Shown: positions 9,767-13,216 of the stretch, in pieces
How positions within the stretch are numbered: position 1 is the stretch's first letter
Layout of the letters: every line of letters begins with the position of its first letter
Source: Octopus sinensis
Taxonomy: Eukaryota
Direction of reading: 5' to 3'
Assembly: GCF_006345805.1 (NCBI RefSeq)
Contig: NW_021826301.1
Span: 1-13,216 of the forward strand
Length of the DNA stretch: 13,216 nucleotides
The notes under the pieces: model-generated
What the model saw: only the letters and a program-made list of their open reading frames with translations
Told to the model about the DNA's origin: nothing
Database searches by the model: none
Position numbers and translations under genes: made by a program

Positions 9767-11428
9767 GTTGGGCAGGGTAGAGTAGGAAATCCTAATGGTT
9801 TTGTTGGAGAGATACTTCTATACTTGTGGGTGGGTGTTGGAAATGATAGAGAATATTCTCTTACATAACCTACCCCTAACTGCTAAGTTGTAAGGTATGT
9901 TGAACCATATATATTTGCGTAATCTACTATTATCCCTTCTATTTCTCCTAATAGGATCTATATTGCTCTCGTGGGAGGTTACTATTGTGTGCTATTCTAT
10001 TAGTTCGCCTATTTCCTATACGTTGTTTGGAGTTTAAATTAGAATTATCGCTAGTGTGAGTTGAGTGCTGAGTTCGATTATAATTGGGAGTTTTTATGGC
10101 CGACGGACGCTCCCGGGTGGTCTACATATGATATTCTCTGGTTATACCCGCACTATAGAGAGCCTGGTTGTAGTGTTGTGCGTGATTATTGAAAATTTTC
10201 TATTAGAGGATAGTTTTGTAAGTCTGTCTGAGATGGCTTGGACCGTGGTGCTAATTATACAGGGTGGATGGTTGGAAGAGGTATGGATGTATTTGGTAGT
10301 TTCTTCGGGTTTCCTATACGGGTGGTGAAGGTGCTTATTCAAGTCTAACGTAACATCTAAGAAGTTTACTATTTTAGTATTGGTCATAAATTCTAGTTTA
10401 AGATTGAAGGATTTGAAAAAAAGCCTGATCTTTTTCCTAATTCTTTCTAGTTTACTCCTATTGTTGGTGGGGTATATGAAGAGAGCGTCGTCTCTGTATA
10501 GACCCCCCTGAAGATCCGGTACCTCGGAGAAAAGCTTCTTGAGCAGGTAGGTAGCCCGACCAAGTCAGTCACCTGAGCTGAATCGCTCGAGCCCATAGCC
10601 ACATCAAAATTGTCGGGGGTATCGGATCTGGTCCAGAGTCTACCGTCGAATTCTATTATGGTTTTTCTAGCTAATAGTATTATGTCAATTTTTTCTCTGT
10701 CTATGAGTGAAAGGTTGCGGGCAAATATAAGGGATTTGTTAAGTAAGATGGGGGATATACTGGCGTAGTAGCTAGCTATGTCGAATTGGATGAATGAGTA
10801 GTCGGGCCTATTGGTGATAGTGTTAAACCATTCTAGCACATCGTCGGTGTTAATCCATAGTTGGAGTGGGATGTGGGGTTTGATGTGTGGGATCACCTTG
10901 TCCAGGATAGTCTTGCTAAGTCTGCCGATATCCGATTTAGTCGGACAGATTAATCGTACTCCTACATTATCCGGGAAGTCTTTCTTATGGTCTTTAATAG
11001 TAATTTTGGGTACTTGTGGTTTAATAGGTTCTGTTCTGTCCAGGAGGTCTAATTTGCTCATAACTTCCTTGATTTTGTAGTTAATTTCCTTAAGGTTATC
11101 CGTAGAAGTAGTTTTATATTTTTTGCCAAGTTCCCTCATGATGAGCGATTTGTAGGTTTGGTAGTCTAGCCTATACCAGTTCCCAGTCTTGTCGGCGGGT
11201 ATGATAAGACTATCATCGTTCCTAAGTGAATGCAGGAAATCTTTAAGGCTCCTTAAGTGGGTGTTGGAAATGGTCTTATGTTTACTAATGTTGATGTTGG
11301 TAATGAGGTCGATTAAGTCTTTTTCAAAATTTTCCAGTGCGTAGTTAGAGGGTGGGTTTCTTCTGCTTTTAAATATCTTCCTGTGTGCTATTTCTTCTTG
11401 GTTAGAGTTGGGGTTGTTTTTCCCCGGG
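9068..11428 (-). pseudogene. Full PLE RT-EN ORF, slightly 5'-truncated, with frameshifts and a stop
   Basis: ADKTGNWY, ITIKDHK, RLICPTKS, motif A FDIASYYASI, motif B FDVAMGSSDSAQVTDLVG, then a frameshift ~10550 to GLYRDD (YRDD codons at 10487-10498). Further shifts at ~10440, ~10205 and ~10147. VNFLDVTL and PYRKP...YIHTSSNHPP lie in ORF 10142..10387. Confidence 0.88.
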
Positions 11429-11541
11429 TTGTGGAAGCTGTTGTGCGCGGCTGAAGAAGGCCACAGACATACATTATGCATTGTTATAAATCTGTCTAAT
11501 AAAGGCCCGAAACATATGTACCGCTGAATCCTTCGCATCAT
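10447..11541 (-). CDS. PLE reverse transcriptase N-terminal part (motifs up to B'); first ~37 aa come from the inverted pLTR
   Basis: Same RT motifs as above. The ORF runs out of frame just before YRDD. Confidence 0.8.
   Translation of the reverse strand: MMRRIQRYICFGPLLDRFITMHNVCLWPSSAAHNSFHNPGKNNPNSNQEEIAHRKIFKSRRNPPSNYALENFEKDLIDLITNINISKHKTISNTHLRSLKDFLHSLRNDDSLIIPADKTGNWYRLDYQTYKSLIMRELGKKYKTTSTDNLKEINYKIKEVMSKLDLLDRTEPIKPQVPKITIKDHKKDFPDNVGVRLICPTKSDIGRLSKTILDKVIPHIKPHIPLQLWINTDDVLEWFNTITNRPDYSFIQFDIASYYASISPILLNKSLIFARNLSLIDREKIDIILLARKTIIEFDGRLWTRSDTPDNFDVAMGSSDSAQVTDLVGLPTCSRSFSPRYRIFRGVYTETTLSSYTPPTIGVN
11447..11524 (+). ncRNA. Type I hammerhead ribozyme in the inverted 5' pLTR copy
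   Basis: GCGG-CTGAAGA-aGGCC acaga...tctgt...GGCCc-GAAACATATGTA-CCGC. Confidence 0.72.
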
Positions 11542-11626
11542 GTTTTTATTTTGATCAATTTACTCCACCACCTACATCACCAAACGGTATACACAGGTGC
11601 TTATAATTATCAGTACTCACCCCGAA

Positions 11627-11722
11627 TTTATATATATATATATACATATATATATAATATACATATATATGTATATATATATATATATGTACATAAATAT
11701 ATACTTATGTATATATATAATA

Positions 11723-11756
<34 letters not shown>

Positions 11757-11898
11757 CATATATATTAATATTATATATATATATATATTATATATATATA
11801 TATATTATAATATATAATATATATATTATATATATAACATAAGTATATATTTATGTACATATATATATATATATATACATTATATGTATATATATATA
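11627..11898. repeat. (TA)n microsatellite
   Basis: Direct inspection. Confidence 0.95.
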
Positions 11899-12052
11899 AT
11901 AAATATAAGAGAGTGGTCACTATGTTGCTCACTCTGGCACTAGAAATAGATCCAATAGGTTTCAGCCAAAAAATAAATGTTTCCAATGAAAGTCAGCACG
12001 ACTGTTAGCTCAAACGAACAGGGCAAATAAAAATAACAAAAATAGAGATTAA

Positions 12053-12130
12053 TTTGGGACAATTGTTTCGCTATTAATGAATTAAATGTAATTTTACTCA
12101 CAGTAATCCACTTGTAGCTCATCAGCCAAA
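12053..12130 (-). ncRNA. Type I hammerhead ribozyme (canonical CUGAUGA core)
   Basis: Minus strand: TTTGG-CTGATGA-GCTA (about 41-nt loop) TAGC-GAAAC-AATT-GTC-CCAAA. Confidence 0.82.
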
Positions 12131-12229
12131 ACCATCTAAAATACAATTTACTCAATTGCACGCCAGATTTTACCATAACGATAAGTACACATGCGGTTCA
12201 GTCGATTGAGTAAATTGTATTTTAGATGG

Positions 12230-12309
12230 TTTTGGCTGAAGAGCTACAAGTGATTTACTGTGAGTAAAATTACATTTAATTCATTAATAGCGAAACAATT
12301 GTCCCAAGA
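12230..12309 (+). ncRNA. Type I hammerhead ribozyme (CUGAAGA core)
   Basis: TTTTGG-CTGAAGA-GCTA...TAGC-GAAACAATTGTC-CCAAGA. Predicted cleavage is after 12303. Confidence 0.8.
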
Positions 12310-12543
12310 TAATCTGTATTTTTGTTATTTTTATTTGCCCTGTTCGTTTGAGCTAACAATTCATTGGAAACATTTATTTTGTGGCTGAAACCTATCGGAT
12401 CTATTTCTAGTGCCAGAATGACCACTCTCTTATATTTATGTATAAAATTTTATCATAATCCAGGTTTTTTGTGCACTGGGCCACTTGGTGTTAAATGGAT
12501 GTACTATTAAATTAGTATCCAATTTTCTCACCCTTATTAATTG

Positions 12544-12606
12544 TATGTATATATATATATATATATATAAATATATTTATGTATATATACATACATATAT
12601 ACATAC
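12544..12606. repeat. (TA)n/(CATA)n microsatellite
   Basis: Direct inspection. Confidence 0.9.
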
Positions 12607-12751
12607 AGTTTACCGCATCCGTAGGCTAACAAAACAAAACAAAAAGACCTGTGTAGCATAGGCTTTAATTATTATTTGTATATACATTTAAATAATTGTT
12701 ATTTCAACTTATCGAACCAACCAACCAACCAACGTCGTAGGGTGAGGCATG

Positions 12752-12784
<33 letters not shown>

Positions 12785-12786
<2 letters not shown>

Positions 12787-13000
12787 TAGTGTCTCTCCCC
12801 TACTACCGCTTGACAACCTGGTGTCGGGGTATTTACCAATTTCGTGGATCGGCGAAAGATACCGATAAAATAAGTACGAGGCTAAGCAAAAATAAAATAA
12901 AAAATAAGAAGTACTGGGGTGGATTCGGTCGACTAAAATTTCTTCCAAGGCAGTGCCCCAACATGGCCACAGTGTAATGAGTGAAGTAAGTAAAAAATAG
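12785..13000 (+). mobile_element. SINE-like interspersed repeat resembling a very abundant octopus family, preceded by (GT)n
   Basis: Blocks ACCGCTTGACAACC, ACCGATAAAATAAGTAC, GTACTGGGGT.GATT.G.TCGACTAAA and CATGGCC.CAGT...TGA.TGAA..AAGTAAAA match my recollection of a common Octopus repeat. Not verified by search. Confidence 0.55.
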
Positions 13001-13019
13001 TACGAATTAAGATTTGGAA

Positions 13020-13216
13020 GTTAAGGGAGGTAACTCTAAGTAATTTGCCTTATAAAAGCGAGGAAGAAATGCGATGCGATAGAGTGATATATAATGAAGA
13101 GGCAAGGGGAGTAAGGAAGAAAGAGAAGATGGAGTGAGAGTGGGAGGTAGAGAGGAAATACGAAAGCTAGAATGATTCTGTAATATACAACAAGGTTAGA
13201 GAGAGGGGGAGAGGCG
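13020..13216 (+). repeat. Purine-rich (GA/GGA) low-complexity tract
   Basis: Strong G/A strand bias. Confidence 0.6.

Larger units (their letters stand above)
6947..11559 (-). mobile_element. Penelope-like retroelement (RT plus C-terminal GIY-YIG endonuclease), decayed, with inverted 5' pLTR copy; resembles the Hydra clade
   Basis: RT and EN motifs lie on the minus strand. 6947-7075 is the reverse complement of 11429-11559 (two 1-bp indels), and both ends carry an HHR. The 3' end abuts (TA)n. The Hydra-clade assignment rests on recalled motif similarity only. Confidence 0.88.
11899..12439. mobile_element. Inverted-repeat element (arms 11899-12156 and 12205-12439, 48-bp spacer) with a third HHR family; probable truncated PLE or retrozyme end
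   Basis: The arms are reverse complements apart from two ~11-12 bp indels and a few substitutions. Each arm carries an HHR. No ORF. Confidence 0.78.

Noticed and set aside
9393-11080. Plus-strand ORFs 9393..9680, 9494..9676, 10065..10328 and 10811..11080
   Set aside because: They are antisense shadows of the PLE ORF with no recognisable motifs.
9068-11541. Naiad-type selenoprotein or N-terminal-endonuclease PLE
   Set aside because: The endonuclease is C-terminal. The disruptions are frameshifts and a TAG, not in-frame TGA codons at Cys positions.

Overview
AT-rich, microsatellite-dense eukaryotic DNA. From recalled repeat sequence it looks most like an octopus or other cephalopod genome; this is not confirmed. 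The left third (878-5747, minus strand) is one disrupted reading frame of about 1,600 codons encoding many NHL-like beta-propeller blades. The ORF track splits it into 7-8 pieces. It contains a poly-Ser microsatellite and a 147-bp composite templated insertion. A Ty3/gypsy-type gag zinc-knuckle remnant lies at the very start. The right two thirds is a cluster of hammerhead-ribozyme (HHR) retroelements sitting at (TA)n tracts. (1) A non-coding retrozyme-like element with a 361-bp period (5995-6813), whose HHR has a U3-A8 core. (2) A decayed Penelope-like element (6947-11559, minus) with RT and C-terminal GIY-YIG domains, a ~2.1-kb low-complexity 3' region and an inverted 5' copy of its HHR-bearing end. 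(3) A 540-bp inverted-repeat element with a third HHR family (11899-12439). In total there are six HHR motifs from three unrelated families, each family present as an inverted pair. A SINE-like repeat lies near the right end.
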